NCBI GenBank assembly: GCA_035524355.1
Contig: DATKPA010000037.1
Span: 18,723-82,722 of the forward strand
Length of the DNA stretch: 64,000 nucleotides
Direction: 5' to 3'
From: Phycisphaerae bacterium
GTDB taxonomy: Bacteria > Planctomycetota > Phycisphaerae > WQYP01
This document shows, piece after piece, positions 10,222 through 20,900 of this stretch. Positions within the stretch are counted from its first letter, which is position 1, and each line of letters starts with the position of its first letter. Below the pieces are notes generated by a model, which worked only from the letters and a program-made list of their open reading frames with translations, made no database searches and was not told where the DNA came from. The translations under genes were made by a program, and so were the position numbers.

Positions 10222-10707
10222 ATGGCCACTACCCCTTCTCCCTCCACAACCCCCTCCAGCGGAGACACACACCTCCCCACCTCCACCATCCTCGTCGTCG
10301 ACGACAACCCCCAGAACGTCGAGCTTATGCAGGCCTACCTCGAATCTCTCAACTGCACCGTTCACGTCGCCGTCGATGGCGTCGATGCCCTCGAAAAAGT
10401 CCCCCAGGTCAACCCCGACCTCATCCTCCTCGACATCATGATGCCCCGCATGTCCGGCTTCGAAGTCTGCCGCCGCCTCAAAGCCGCACCCAACACCCGC
10501 GAAATCCCCATCCTCATGGTCACCGCACTCAATGAGCTCGGCGACATCGAACGCGGCGTCGAGTCCGGCACCGACGACTTCCTCACCAAGCCCATCAACA
10601 AGCTCGAACTCCTCACCCGCGTCAAATCCCTCCTCCGCGTCCGCCACCTCAAAAACCAGCTCGACCGCACCCTCGCCTACCTCAGCGACATGGAAAACCG
10701 CGATTAG
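10222..10707 (+). CDS. single-domain response regulator (CheY-like receiver)
   Basis: ILVVDDNPQN...LILLDIMMPRMSGFEV...LMVTAL...KP receiver motifs (DD, phospho-acceptor D, T, K); no output domain. Confidence 0.75.
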   Translation: MATTPSPSTTPSSGDTHLPTSTILVVDDNPQNVELMQAYLESLNCTVHVAVDGVDALEKVPQVNPDLILLDIMMPRMSGFEVCRRLKAAPNTREIPILMVTALNELGDIERGVESGTDDFLTKPINKLELLTRVKSLLRVRHLKNQLDRTLAYLSDMENRD

Positions 10708-11019
10708 GCTCTGTCTGAAAACAGCAGTGCGGTCGGATGGCGGTCTGGAACGGCCAGATGCAAGGACGCAGACCTGAGGCATATTCGCAAATATTCCGAA
10801 GGTCGAGGACGCCGCAGATGGCCTTTCCAGGCCGACAGACGATCCCGCTGATGTCTTCAGACAGAGCCTAGTTCGGAACGCCCGTTCGGAGTTCCGCCTT
10901 TTGGCGGCCGTCAGCCCTCGATACTGGCATCTCACGTTACCCCCCGTATAATCCGTTGCGGCGAGCGGACGTACCGTTTCCACCGACATTCCGCCATCCC
11001 TTGGCTGCTCGAGTTTTGA

Positions 11020-12576
11020 ATGCTCCGATTCCGTGTCTACAAAGATGGTCAGGTCCCGGCCGATATCGACCTCTCCACCGCCTACCTCGTCGGCTCAGAC
11101 GCCGTCCCCATCCGCGGCGAATTCTCCTATTCCAACGGCGAAATCTTCTGCCGCAAACGCGCCGCCGGTCCCGCCGCTCTCACACTCCTCTGGGACCTCA
11201 AGGGCTTCGGCAACATCATGCTCGAAACCACTCGCCTCCCCGAACGCGAGGAACCCTACATCCTCTCCCTCGAACTCGCCCGCGGCCGCGTCATGCGACT
11301 CATGCAGAAACGCGAAGAGTGGGGCCTCTTCGACGTCGCCGAAGCCGCTCCCGTCAACGAAAAAGCCCTCGAAGCCCGCGACCTCCTCCTCGAAGCCATC
11401 ACCAACCAGGAAAACCCCGCCAAAGCCAGTGAGCTCGCCGAGAAATGCCTCGCCATCGTCCTCCCCATCTCCGAGCAGGCCGCCCTCACCCACGCCGACC
11501 TCCTTCTCCAGCGCCGCATCGCCACCAAGAACTTCCCCCGCGGCGCCTTCGGTGTCCGCGTCGATGCCAACATCGCCACCGAAGCCTACCGCCGCCTCAT
11601 GCTCCCCAACGCCGATTTCGTCCGCCTCCCCATGTGGTGGAAACAGATCGAACCGCAGGAACAGCAGTTCGCCTGGGGCGCCATCGACGAATGGATGGAA
11701 TTCCTCCGCCGCGCACGCGTCCCCGTCGTCGCCGGCCCTCTCGTCCACTTCAACGAAGTCGCCATCCCCGACTGGCTCTACATCTGGGAACACGACTACG
11801 AAACCGTCCGCGACCTCATGTACGAGCACATCGACCGCGTCGTCCAACGCTTCGGCCCCCACGTCGCCATCTGGAACGTCCTCTCCGGACTCCACGTCAA
11901 CGCCTCCTTCTCCTTCACCTTCGACCAGCTCATGGACCTCACCCGCATGACCGTCGGCCTCGTGAAGAAATCCAACCCCAACGCCCGCACCATGATCGAA
12001 CTCACCCAGCCCTGGGGCGAATACTACGCCAACAACCAACGCTCCATCCCACCGCTCCTTTACGCCGAAATGATCGTCCAGTCCGGCATCCAGTTTGACG
12101 TCTTCGGCCTCCAGCTCCGCTTCGGCATCCCCCGCGACGGCTGCTGGCAACGCGACCTCTTCCAGATCTCCTCACTCCTCGACCGCTTCGCCGCCCTCGG
12201 CAAACCCGTCATGATTTCCTCCCTCCAGGTCCCCAGCATTCCCGTCGAATCCGCCGCCGCAGGCACCTGGCGAAAGCCCTGGTCCGAACCCCTCCAGGCC
12301 AAGTGGATGGAAGCCGTCACCGACATCGCACTCTCCAAACCCTACGTCGAAGCCATCTGCTGGCACGACCTCGCCGACAACACTCAAAAGGGCGGCGGCG
12401 GTCACTCCGTCCCCCACGGCGGACTCGCCAACCCCGACCTCTCCCCCAAGCAAGCCATGAAAACCTGGTCCTCCCTCCGCCGCGCCGTCCTCGGCTTCCG
12501 TCAGCCCGGCCAACAACAACCCATCAAAGCCACCACCACCCCACCACCCGCACCACCCGAAACCCCAAAGGCCTGA
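11020..12576 (+). CDS. TIM-barrel glycoside-hydrolase-like protein (GH10-like fold; catalytic Glu positions not obviously conserved)
   Basis: 518 aa; blocks resembling GH10 (…VAIWNVLSG… cf. WDVVNE; …GKPVMISSLQV… cf. ITELD) but Glu residues replaced; Pro/Thr-rich C-terminal tail. Confidence 0.4.
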   Translation: MLRFRVYKDGQVPADIDLSTAYLVGSDAVPIRGEFSYSNGEIFCRKRAAGPAALTLLWDLKGFGNIMLETTRLPEREEPYILSLELARGRVMRLMQKREEWGLFDVAEAAPVNEKALEARDLLLEAITNQENPAKASELAEKCLAIVLPISEQAALTHADLLLQRRIATKNFPRGAFGVRVDANIATEAYRRLMLPNADFVRLPMWWKQIEPQEQQFAWGAIDEWMEFLRRARVPVVAGPLVHFNEVAIPDWLYIWEHDYETVRDLMYEHIDRVVQRFGPHVAIWNVLSGLHVNASFSFTFDQLMDLTRMTVGLVKKSNPNARTMIELTQPWGEYYANNQRSIPPLLYAEMIVQSGIQFDVFGLQLRFGIPRDGCWQRDLFQISSLLDRFAALGKPVMISSLQVPSIPVESAAAGTWRKPWSEPLQAKWMEAVTDIALSKPYVEAICWHDLADNTQKGGGGHSVPHGGLANPDLSPKQAMKTWSSLRRAVLGFRQPGQQQPIKATTTPPPAPPETPKA

Positions 12577-12715
12577 AGTTGTGGCATCGGCGTCCCGCCG
12601 ATGATCGCTGAAGCGGCCTCGATGGCCGATTCAGCGATGCCGCGACCACACACGAATCTCCCGATTCCTCCAAAAACATCGCCCTCTATTCCCGACTTCC
12701 AGTAAACTCCCCAAC

Positions 12716-13150
12716 ATGGGCCCTCCCGAGAAATTCCAACAACAATCGACCAAACCCGACGACTGGGGCTGGTCCCGCCCCCAGCGCACCGCCCTCGCCA
12801 TCCTCCTCTCCCTCCTCCTCGCTCTCCTCCTGATCCAATACCTCCGCCGCCCCTTCCGCCTCGACGACCCCATCACCCTCCTCCACGGCCAACCCCTCAC
12901 CCTCCCCTCCCGCATCGACCCCAACACCGCCACCCTCGAAGAACTCACCCGCATCCCCCACATCGGAGAAAAAGTCGCCGCCAAACTCCTCGCCTACCGC
13001 GACGCCCGCAAACCCCTCACCCCCGACAACATCGTCTTCCGCTCACCCGAAGACCTCGCCCGCATCCCCGGCCTCGGCAAAAAAACCGCCACCGACCTCA
13101 CCCCCTACTTCGAATTCCCCCCAGACCCCGACACCCAACCCGGCCCATAA
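12716..13150 (+). CDS. comEA: ComEA-family helix-hairpin-helix DNA-binding protein
   Basis: N-terminal TM helix, IDPNTATLEELTRIPHIGEKVAAKLLAYRD HhH motif characteristic of ComEA. Confidence 0.8.
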   Translation: MGPPEKFQQQSTKPDDWGWSRPQRTALAILLSLLLALLLIQYLRRPFRLDDPITLLHGQPLTLPSRIDPNTATLEELTRIPHIGEKVAAKLLAYRDARKPLTPDNIVFRSPEDLARIPGLGKKTATDLTPYFEFPPDPDTQPGP

Positions 13151-13213
13151 CGCCACCCCCGTTTCGTCATTGAGTCATTCGAATTTGATTCCTCATTCGT
13201 GCTTCGTCATTCG

Positions 13214-14215
13214 TCATTTCCCAAGGGCCTCCCCCACCGCCGCCGTCACCCGCGCCACCGCCTCCTCCAACGGCCCATCCGTCCGCAACCCCGCCGCCTT
13301 CGCATGCCCACCCCCGCCAAACTTCCGGCACACCTGGTTCACATCCACATCCCTTTTACTCCGCAACGACCCCCGCACCCGCCCGTCCGGCATCTCCGTC
13401 AACAACGCCACCACCTCCACCGTCTGCACCGTCAACGGCATATCCACCAGGTACTCCGTCTGGCTCGCAACCGCCCCCGTCTCCGCAAAATCGCTCTGCT
13501 TCAAGCTCATGCATGCAAACCGATCGTCAAACGCCCACTTCAAACTGTCCAGCGCGTGCTGCATCAGCAACATCTTCGGCTTCGTCTCCGTCTGCATCAG
13601 CCGCTCGTACAACTGCGCATTGTTCACGTGCGGCGTCAGATCCGCCGCCATCTCATGCGTCCGCGGCGTCACCGAATCAAACCGAAACCATCCCGTGTCC
13701 GACACCAGCCCCGCCATCAACGCCAGCGCGAGTGGCTCGTGCATCTCCACCCCCGACCTCTTCGCCACCTCCCACAGAATCTCCACGCACGCCGCCGCCT
13801 TCGTATCCGCATAAATCACCGGCCCCACATCATCCCGGCTTAAATGATGGTCGATCGCCACCACCTTCCCCCGCTCCCCCTTCAGCACCGTCGTCGCTGG
13901 CTCCATCTGCGAATATGTGCACGTATCCACCACCAGAATCGTGTCCACCGCCCCGCTCGCGCTCCCCGCCCACTCCGAATCAAACTCCCACTGCTCGCCA
14001 GGCGCTGAATCCGCCAGGAACGCATACGGCGCCGGCGGCTTCGCAAAATGCACCGTCTGTATCTCCGTCGCCCCCAGCGCCTTCAATATCCACGCCGCCG
14101 CCGTCTGCGACCCCAGCGCATCCGGATCCGGCCGCTGATGCGTGAATATCGCCACACGCTTCGCACGCTTCAGCCGCGCCACCAATTCCTCCATCGTCGC
14201 CAACGCTCCACTCAT
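13214..14215 (-). CDS. nrnA: DHH-family phosphoesterase (NrnA-like bifunctional oligoribonuclease/pAp phosphatase)
   Basis: 333 aa; DHH motif (VAIDHHLS), DHHA1-like C-terminal GGGH (FGGGGHAKAAG). Confidence 0.8.
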   Translation of the reverse strand: MSGALATMEELVARLKRAKRVAIFTHQRPDPDALGSQTAAAWILKALGATEIQTVHFAKPPAPYAFLADSAPGEQWEFDSEWAGSASGAVDTILVVDTCTYSQMEPATTVLKGERGKVVAIDHHLSRDDVGPVIYADTKAAACVEILWEVAKRSGVEMHEPLALALMAGLVSDTGWFRFDSVTPRTHEMAADLTPHVNNAQLYERLMQTETKPKMLLMQHALDSLKWAFDDRFACMSLKQSDFAETGAVASQTEYLVDMPLTVQTVEVVALLTEMPDGRVRGSLRSKRDVDVNQVCRKFGGGGHAKAAGLRTDGPLEEAVARVTAAVGEALGK

Positions 14216-15168
14216 GCCCGCTCCTTCAAAGCAATCAACTCTCGCGTTGTCTCTACATCCACTTTCATCTGCCGTACCAGCGGCTCAACTCCGCCAAACG
14301 GCAACATCTCCCGTATCCACCGATGAAATTCCACGTCCACCCTCTTACCGTATAGGTCCCCCGTGAAGTCCAGCAAAAACGCCTCAACCGTCGGCAGCGT
14401 TCCAGGGGGGGGGCGAAACGTCGGATTCGTCCCCACACTGATCGCCGCCCGATACACCACCCCCTCCACCCGCGCCCGCCCCGCATAAATCCCCGCCCCC
14501 GGCAACAATTGCGGCGTCGCCACATTCGCCGTCGGAAACCCGATTCCCTTCCCCCGCTTCGCCCCATGCACCACCTCCCCGCGCAGCGTATACGCCCGCC
14601 CCAAACACTTCATCGCATCCGCCACCCGCCCCTGCGACACCAGCCACCGAATCAAACTGCTCGATACGTTCACCAGCGTCAGATCCGACAACGCCACCTG
14701 CTCCGTCCCCACCTCAATCCCCTCAATCCCGAACTCCGCCCCGCGCTCCTTCAGCATCTCCGTATTCCCCTTCGCCCCGCGCCCAAACGTAAACGTCGGC
14801 CCCTCCACCATCACCCGCGCCCCGATCGCATCGCGCACCACGCCGCCCAGAAACCCCTCCGCCGTGATCGACAAAAACTCCCGCGTCGTCGGCACCACAA
14901 TCACCACGTCCGGCGAAAACCCCGCCAGCAACTCCTCCCGCTGCGACCCCACCGTCAACGGCTGCCGCACTTCCCCAGGCCGCAAAATCACCGCCGGATG
15001 CGGATCAAACGTCATCACCGTAAACGCCACCCCGCGCCGCGAAGCCTCCGCCCGCCCCGTCGACAACATTTTCGCATGCCCCACATGCACCCCATCAAAA
15101 TTCCCCACCGACAAAACGCCCCCACGAAGCGCCGCCGGAAACAACCGTAAATCGCTCAAAATCTCCAT
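14212..15168 (-). CDS. ribF: bifunctional riboflavin kinase / FMN adenylyltransferase
   Basis: 318 aa; N-terminal nucleotidyltransferase GNFDGVHVGH, C-terminal flavokinase GFPTAN...TNPTF blocks; 4-nt overlap with nrnA. Confidence 0.9.
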   Translation of the reverse strand: MEILSDLRLFPAALRGGVLSVGNFDGVHVGHAKMLSTGRAEASRRGVAFTVMTFDPHPAVILRPGEVRQPLTVGSQREELLAGFSPDVVIVVPTTREFLSITAEGFLGGVVRDAIGARVMVEGPTFTFGRGAKGNTEMLKERGAEFGIEGIEVGTEQVALSDLTLVNVSSSLIRWLVSQGRVADAMKCLGRAYTLRGEVVHGAKRGKGIGFPTANVATPQLLPGAGIYAGRARVEGVVYRAAISVGTNPTFRPPPGTLPTVEAFLLDFTGDLYGKRVDVEFHRWIREMLPFGGVEPLVRQMKVDVETTRELIALKERA

Positions 15169-15262
15169 GCCCCGCAGTATCCAACACTTTTAGCGCCGCC
15201 GCAACGCGACGCTTTTGTCTTGCTCCCAATCGCTCCCATTGTGTAGAATCTTACACAAAAGG

Positions 15263-15484
15263 AGGTGTCCCATCGCCACCAACCTCGACCTCGACGACAA
15301 ACTCGTTACCAAAGTCGTCAAAATCGGAAAATTCAAGTCCAAAAAGGCAGCCGTCAACGCCGCATTGGACGAATACGTCCGCCGCCACAGCCAGGCCGCC
15401 ATCCTCGAATTGGCCGGCACAATCGATTACGACGAAGACTACGACTACAAAAAACTTCGCACCCGCAAGAGCTTCAAGCGATGA
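15263..15484 (+). CDS. vapB: type II antitoxin, VapB/DUF2191-like
   Basis: …IATNLDLDDKLVTKVVKIGKFKSKKAAVNAALDEYVR…; strong RBS AAAGGAGG at ~15250 but no in-frame ATG/GTG follows (frame has ATC at 15266); upstream TTG at 15215 would give 89 aa. Start uncertain. Confidence 0.55.
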   Translation, partial: RCPIATNLDLDDKLVTKVVKIGKFKSKKAAVNAALDEYVRRHSQAAILELAGTIDYDEDYDYKKLRTRKSFKR

Positions 15485-15891
15485 TCCTGATCGACACCTC
15501 CGTTTGGTCCCTTGGCCTGAGACGCCGTCGGCGTGACTTAAATCCCGTCGAAGTCCGCGCCTATTACGCTTGGGAAACCCTCCTGAACCGGGGGGAAGCC
15601 TCCATCATCGGCCCTGTGCGACAGGAGGTTCTCTCCGGAATTTCCTCACGTCCCAAATTCGATGCTCTTGCGTCACGGCTCGCTCTGATCGACGACCTCC
15701 ATCTCCCACGCGATGCCTTTATCCGAGCCGCCGAGTTTTACAACATCTGCAAATCCCACGGCATCACCCCGGAAACAGTCGACATGACGATATGCGCAGC
15801 GGCGGATCTTCACGGCACCCCCATTTTCACGACTGATCCCGATTTTCCACAATATGCACAGCATCTCCCCATCTCGCTCTTCCGCTTTTGA
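15481..15891 (+). CDS. vapC: type II toxin VapC (PIN-domain ribonuclease)
   Basis: MILIDTSVW... PIN N-terminal Asp, ...ICAAADLHGTPIFTTDPDF C-terminal acidic residues; ATGA overlap with vapB stop. Confidence 0.75.
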   Translation: MILIDTSVWSLGLRRRRRDLNPVEVRAYYAWETLLNRGEASIIGPVRQEVLSGISSRPKFDALASRLALIDDLHLPRDAFIRAAEFYNICKSHGITPETVDMTICAAADLHGTPIFTTDPDFPQYAQHLPISLFRF

Positions 15892-15922
15892 CGCCCCCAA
15901 ATCAAAAGACTACATTGCTCCC

Positions 15923-16609
15923 ATGACCGAATCACACGAATCCCCCGTCGAATCCACTCCCGCTCCCCTTGAAGAGCTGGCCCCCTCCGCGCCGGAATCC
16001 GCGACCGAATCCTCCGCCGAATCCCCCGCCGAAGCAACGGCCGAAACCCCCGCCCCGGAAGGCTCCACCCCCGACCTCACCCCCGACTCCATGCCCCTCT
16101 TCCAGGTCCTCGAAGCCCTCCTCTTCTCCACCGACGTCCCACTCTCCGCAGGAAAACTCGCCGAAATCGTCGGCGTCGACTCCACCAAGCCCATCAAGCA
16201 AACCATCGAACAACTCAACCACACCTACGAACAACGCCAGGCCGCCTACCGCATCGAAGAACGCGCCGGCGGATACCAGCTCCTCACCCTCCCCCAGTAC
16301 GCCCAGTACATCGAACGCCTCGTCCGCAAAAAAGACGATGGCCGCCTCACCCCCGCTTCCCTCGAAACCCTCGCCATCGTCGCCTACAAACAACCCATCA
16401 CCCGCGCCGGCGTCGAAGTCATCCGCGGCGTCGCCTGCGGCGAAACTCTCCGCACCCTCATGGAACACAACCTCGTCAAAATCGTCGGCCGCGCCGAAGA
16501 AATCGGCCGCCCCATGCTCTACGGCACCACCCGCTACTTCCTCGAAGTCTTCGGCCTCGCCAACATCCGCGACCTCCCCAAATCCGACGCCCTCAAAGAA
16601 CCGAAGTAA
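15923..16609 (+). CDS. scpB: segregation and condensation protein B
   Basis: LFQVLEALLFSTDVPLS...TLAIVAYKQPITRAGVEVIRGV...LYGTTRYFLEVFGL winged-helix blocks of ScpB; acidic Ala/Glu/Pro-rich N-terminal tail; start at internal Met. Confidence 0.85.
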   Translation: MTESHESPVESTPAPLEELAPSAPESATESSAESPAEATAETPAPEGSTPDLTPDSMPLFQVLEALLFSTDVPLSAGKLAEIVGVDSTKPIKQTIEQLNHTYEQRQAAYRIEERAGGYQLLTLPQYAQYIERLVRKKDDGRLTPASLETLAIVAYKQPITRAGVEVIRGVACGETLRTLMEHNLVKIVGRAEEIGRPMLYGTTRYFLEVFGLANIRDLPKSDALKEPK

Positions 16610-16689
16610 CCGCTCGGTCGCACCACCTGCCACTTCCTCTTCACCTGCGCCGGCGCTCCCTGGCTCACCCAAAAATGGACCCGCACCCC

Positions 16690-16860
16690 AATAACTCAAC
16701 GACGCGCCCACGCTTACAACGCCACGATCCGCGGATTGCCGGAGCACATCCGCTGCGACAACGGACCGGAGTTGATTATCGAGACGATTTCGAACTGGCT
16801 GGCTGCGCCGAAGGTCGAAACGTTGTACATCGAGCGATCACCTTGGCAACAAGTCGCCCC
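16690..16860 (+). pseudogene. IS-element transposase remnant (rve integrase-core C-terminal fragment)
   Basis: …IRCDNGPELIIETISNWLAAPKVETLYIERSPWQ… matches the DNGxEF…PxxPWQNG block at the end of IS3/IS481-type DDE transposases; no N-terminal HTH/DDE part, adjacent frame ORF (16675..16881) suggests frameshift/truncation. Confidence 0.5.
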
Positions 16861-16892
16861 CGCGGCGGGTCGCCCCGATGATTGGATGGCCC

Positions 16893-17624
16893 CTACTTCA
16901 CAGCGGCCCAGACGCGGTGCACGTCGTCGTTTTCTTCGAGGGCCTGCAGGAACTCGCCGACTTCCTGGCGCTGGGCGTCCGTCAGTTCGGGATGCACTTT
17001 TGGAATGAAGCCGATTTCGCTGGTGATCACCGTCCATCCGTTGGCCGAAAGCCATTTGGTGACCGTTCCCACGTCGGTGCGTCCGCAGATGAATTTCGCG
17101 CCGGCGACATCCTTGGGAATGGCGTCTTCCTGTTCGTGCGTCAGCGGTTCGACTTCGTTGGCTCCGGCTTCGATGGCGGCTGTTTCGAGATCAATGGTTG
17201 TATCCGGGTGATGTGCTTCGACCAGGCCGACGTTTTCGAAGACGAACTTGTTGGCGCCCGACGAGGCGAGTTGGCCTTCACGAAACAGCACGCGAATTTC
17301 CGGGGCCGTGCGCTGCACGTTGTCCGTGTACACCTCGACGATGACAGGCACGTTGTGCGGTGCGCGGCCCTCGTAGACAACATGCTCCATCACCACCTTC
17401 TCGCCACCGATGCCGGCCCCTTTGTTGATGGCGCGCTGAATGGCGTCCTTGGGAACGCTCTCCTTCTTCGCCTTTTCAACAGCAGCAAAAAGCCGCGCGT
17501 TCAGAGCCGGATCCGGATCACCCATCTTGGCCGCGATGGTGATTTCGCGAACCAGCTTGGTGTTGGTCTTGGACTTCTTAAGCCCGGAGACCAATCGTTT
17601 TGCAAGTAGCCATTGGCGTCCCAT
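16893..17624 (-). CDS. yebC: YebC/PmpR-family DNA-binding transcriptional regulator
   Basis: 243 aa; …KLVREITIAAKMGDPDPALNARL…KDAIQRAINKGAG…VVYEGRAPHNV… colinear with YebC family. Confidence 0.85.
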   Translation of the reverse strand: MGRQWLLAKRLVSGLKKSKTNTKLVREITIAAKMGDPDPALNARLFAAVEKAKKESVPKDAIQRAINKGAGIGGEKVVMEHVVYEGRAPHNVPVIVEVYTDNVQRTAPEIRVLFREGQLASSGANKFVFENVGLVEAHHPDTTIDLETAAIEAGANEVEPLTHEQEDAIPKDVAGAKFICGRTDVGTVTKWLSANGWTVITSEIGFIPKVHPELTDAQRQEVGEFLQALEENDDVHRVWAAVK

Positions 17625-17960
17625 ATGCCTGCTGAATATAGCAGGAAGAGAAGCGATTGAGAATTGCTCAACTCCCTTTCCAGCACAAAAACGTGCGAAA
17701 AGTTCAACGGGCCGGGCAACACCTCCCCAGATCTGAGGCCCTCATTGGACCCCAATGAACGCCCGGATAGCCCGATAATCCCCGACTCTTCCTACCCGTC
17801 CCACGCGTCGCAAAACCTTTATCAGTTCCATATTGATCCCGCCCCATCAATCATTTATAAGCAATCCACCGTACTGCTGAGCTGATGCTCCACGCTCTCC
17901 CGGACGCGCTCCGGGCTGGCGATTGTCGCGTCCAATTTGTCCCCCGCCAGAGGAACACCG

Positions 17961-20900
17961 ATGGCCCGCACCCGCACCACCTTCCCCCACCGCATCCTCC
18001 TCGACTCCCTCGAATCCCGTCTCCTCCTCTCCCAAACCCCGCTCCCCATCACTGTCTCCTTCAGCAACACCACCATCTCCAGCGAAACCACCCCCGGCCA
18101 GACCGCCCCCTCCTTCTCCACCGGCACCGACTTCCGCTACGCCAGCACCACCGCCCCCAACGCCATCGCCGCCATCACCCGCACCTTCACCATCACCAAT
18201 ACCTCCAACGCCACCCTCAACTTCGGCAACGTCACCCTCTCCGGCTCCAACGCCGCAGACTTCTCCATCACCTCCACACTCCCCGCCTCCCTCGCCGCCA
18301 ACTCCCCAGCCAACCTCACCATCGCCTTCACCCCCTCCGCCACCGGCACCCGCACCGCCACCCTCACCATCCCCGGCACCACCGAGAACGACCAACCCTT
18401 CCTCTTCGACATCCAGGGCACCGGACTCGCCACCACCAATCTCCCCGATGGCCTCGAAATCGGTACCACCCAATCCGGCACCGGCAACGCCTCCGCCGTT
18501 AACGGCGACATCCTCCAAATGTCCTACTCCGGATACCTCTTCAACGGCTCTCTCTTCGACGCCACCTCCCTCCACAACAACACACCCCTCACCGTCCGCC
18601 TCGACAACGCCACCAACCACCCCTACCTCTACAACGACCAGTATTACAGCTCCAGCTACGACTTCCCCGTCATCGACGGCTGGGAAGAAGGCCTCCAGGG
18701 CATGAAACTCGGCGAATCCCGCGTCCTCATCATCCCCTCCTCCCTCGGCTACGGCCACACCGGCTCCCCGCCCACCATCCCCGCCGACGCCCCACTCCTC
18801 TTCGAAACCACCCTCAACCAGCTCTACTACTCCCCCCAGATCGGCGTCACCGGCAACAGCACCTACATCGCCCCCAACTCCACCTCCCCCAACACCACCG
18901 ACGGCACCGACTTCGGCTCACTCCCCCAGGGCCAAACCTCCATCACCCGCAACTTCACCCTCAACGACTACTCCTCCGCCGACAACGCCAACGGCACCCC
19001 AATCGACGGCCTCACCTTCTCCGGCCTCTCCGGCTTCTCCTTCTCCGGCACCAACGCCTCCGACTTCTCCATCTCCCAGGTCCAGGGACAGAACGGCGTC
19101 TACGCCATCACCTTCAACCCCACCGGCCTCGGCCTCCGCTCCGCCACCGTCCACGTCCACTCCAACGACCTCTCCTTCCCCGACTACTCCTTCGCCATCC
19201 AGGGCACCAACCCCCGCGCCTTCTCCATCTCCGCCAATTCCCTCACCATCCCCTCCGGCTCCACCAACCCCTCCTCCGACAACTTCACCGATTTCAGCTA
19301 CCAATCCACCTCCTTCTCCGACCCCGATACCCGCACCTTCACCATCACCAACACCGGCACCGGAAACCTCACCCTCGGCAACATCTCCTTCGCCGGCGCC
19401 AACCCTTCCGACTTCACCATCTCCTCCCCGCCCGCAAAATCCTCCCTCGCCCCCAACGAATCCACCTCCTTCTCCGTCCAGTTCAACCCCACCACCACCG
19501 GCACCCGCGCCGCCATCGTCTCCATCGCCACCGATGACCCCACCGGGCCCTACTCCTTCGCCATCGACGGCACCGGCGTCGCCACCACCTCCACCACCGG
19601 CGGCATCCAGGTCGCCACAATCCAGTCCGGCAACGCAAACGTTACCGCCGTCAACGGAGACATCCTCCAGATCGCCTATACCGGCCGATTCCTCACCGGC
19701 GGCTCCTTCACCGGCACCACCGCCTTCCGCCTCGACAACGCCACCGGCCATCCCTACGTCGCCAACGACCAGTCCGACGCCAGCACCAAAAACGCCTACG
19801 ACTCCGTCCAGATCGACGGCTTCGAAAACGGCCTCCAGGGCATCAAACCCGGCGAATCCCGCCTCCTCTTCCTCCCCGCCTCCCAAACCACCGGCGCCAC
19901 CGCCAACGGCTCACTCCTCCCCGCCGAACCCCTCCTCTACCTCGTCACCTGCACCGGCCTCTCCTACTCCCCACAGATCAGCATCACCGGCAACAGCATC
20001 TCCATCCCCAACGGCGCCGCCAACCCCAACACCGCCGACGGAACCGACTTCGGCACCCTCACCGGCACCCAGCAAAGCGTCTCCCACACCTTCGACCTCC
20101 TCGACAACAGCGCCGCCGACGACGCCTCCGGCAACATCCTCCACAACCTCTCCTTCGCCGGCGCTTCCGCCATCACGTTCACCGGCCCCAACGCCGCCGA
20201 CTTCTCCGCCGCCGCCGTCCCCGATCAACCCGGCCTCTATACCATCACCTACCAGCCCACCGGCAACGCCTCCCTTTCCACCGCCACCGTCCACTTCCCC
20301 AGCAACGACCCCCTGAATCCCGACTACACCTTCACCATCCAGGGTGCCAACAACGCCTCCCCCGACCTCCAACTCACCCTCGGCACCCCCACCCTCCCCG
20401 CCGGACAGGTCCCCACCAACACCAACAAATCCGTCTCCCTCCCCATCACCATCACCAACATCGGCGCCGCCGCTGCTGCCGCTTCCCCAACCTCCGACAT
20501 CCAAATCTTCGCCCACAACACCATCACCGGCGCCAGCACACTCCTCCTCTCCACCTCCGTTCCCGTCTCCCTCACCCTCAACGGCTCCGTCTCCTACACC
20601 TTCTCCCCGCTGATCCCCCTCACGCTCCCCACCGGCACCTACTCCCTCCTCGCCACCATCAACCAGTCCAACGCCATCGCCGATCCCAACCCCACCAACA
20701 ACTCCGCCACCACCTCCCAAACATTCTCCGTCCTCGCCGTCTACAACAACCTCACCGCCCACATCCTCTCCTCCACCCTCCCCAAATCCCTCCTCGCCAA
20801 AACCCCCATCGCCGGCAACATCACCTTCAACATCGTCAACGCCGGCACGCTCCCCCTCTCCAAAACCCAGCAGGCCACCGTCACCCTCCTCGCACACAAC

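Noticed and set aside
10189-10989. 266-aa minus-strand ORF
   Set aside because: Antisense to the response-regulator gene; low-complexity Gly/Asp/Glu/Val.
11033-12150. Alternative-frame ORFs (11033..11950 +, 11095..12150 -) inside the GH-like gene
   Set aside because: Ser/Pro/Thr-rich or Gly/Asp/Glu-rich frames overlapping a better-supported coding frame.
13170-13843. Two 214-aa + strand ORFs
   Set aside because: Antisense to nrnA.
15932-16747. Minus-strand 271-aa ORF and + strand 241-aa Pro/Ser-rich ORF
   Set aside because: Overlap scpB in wrong frame/strand; low complexity.
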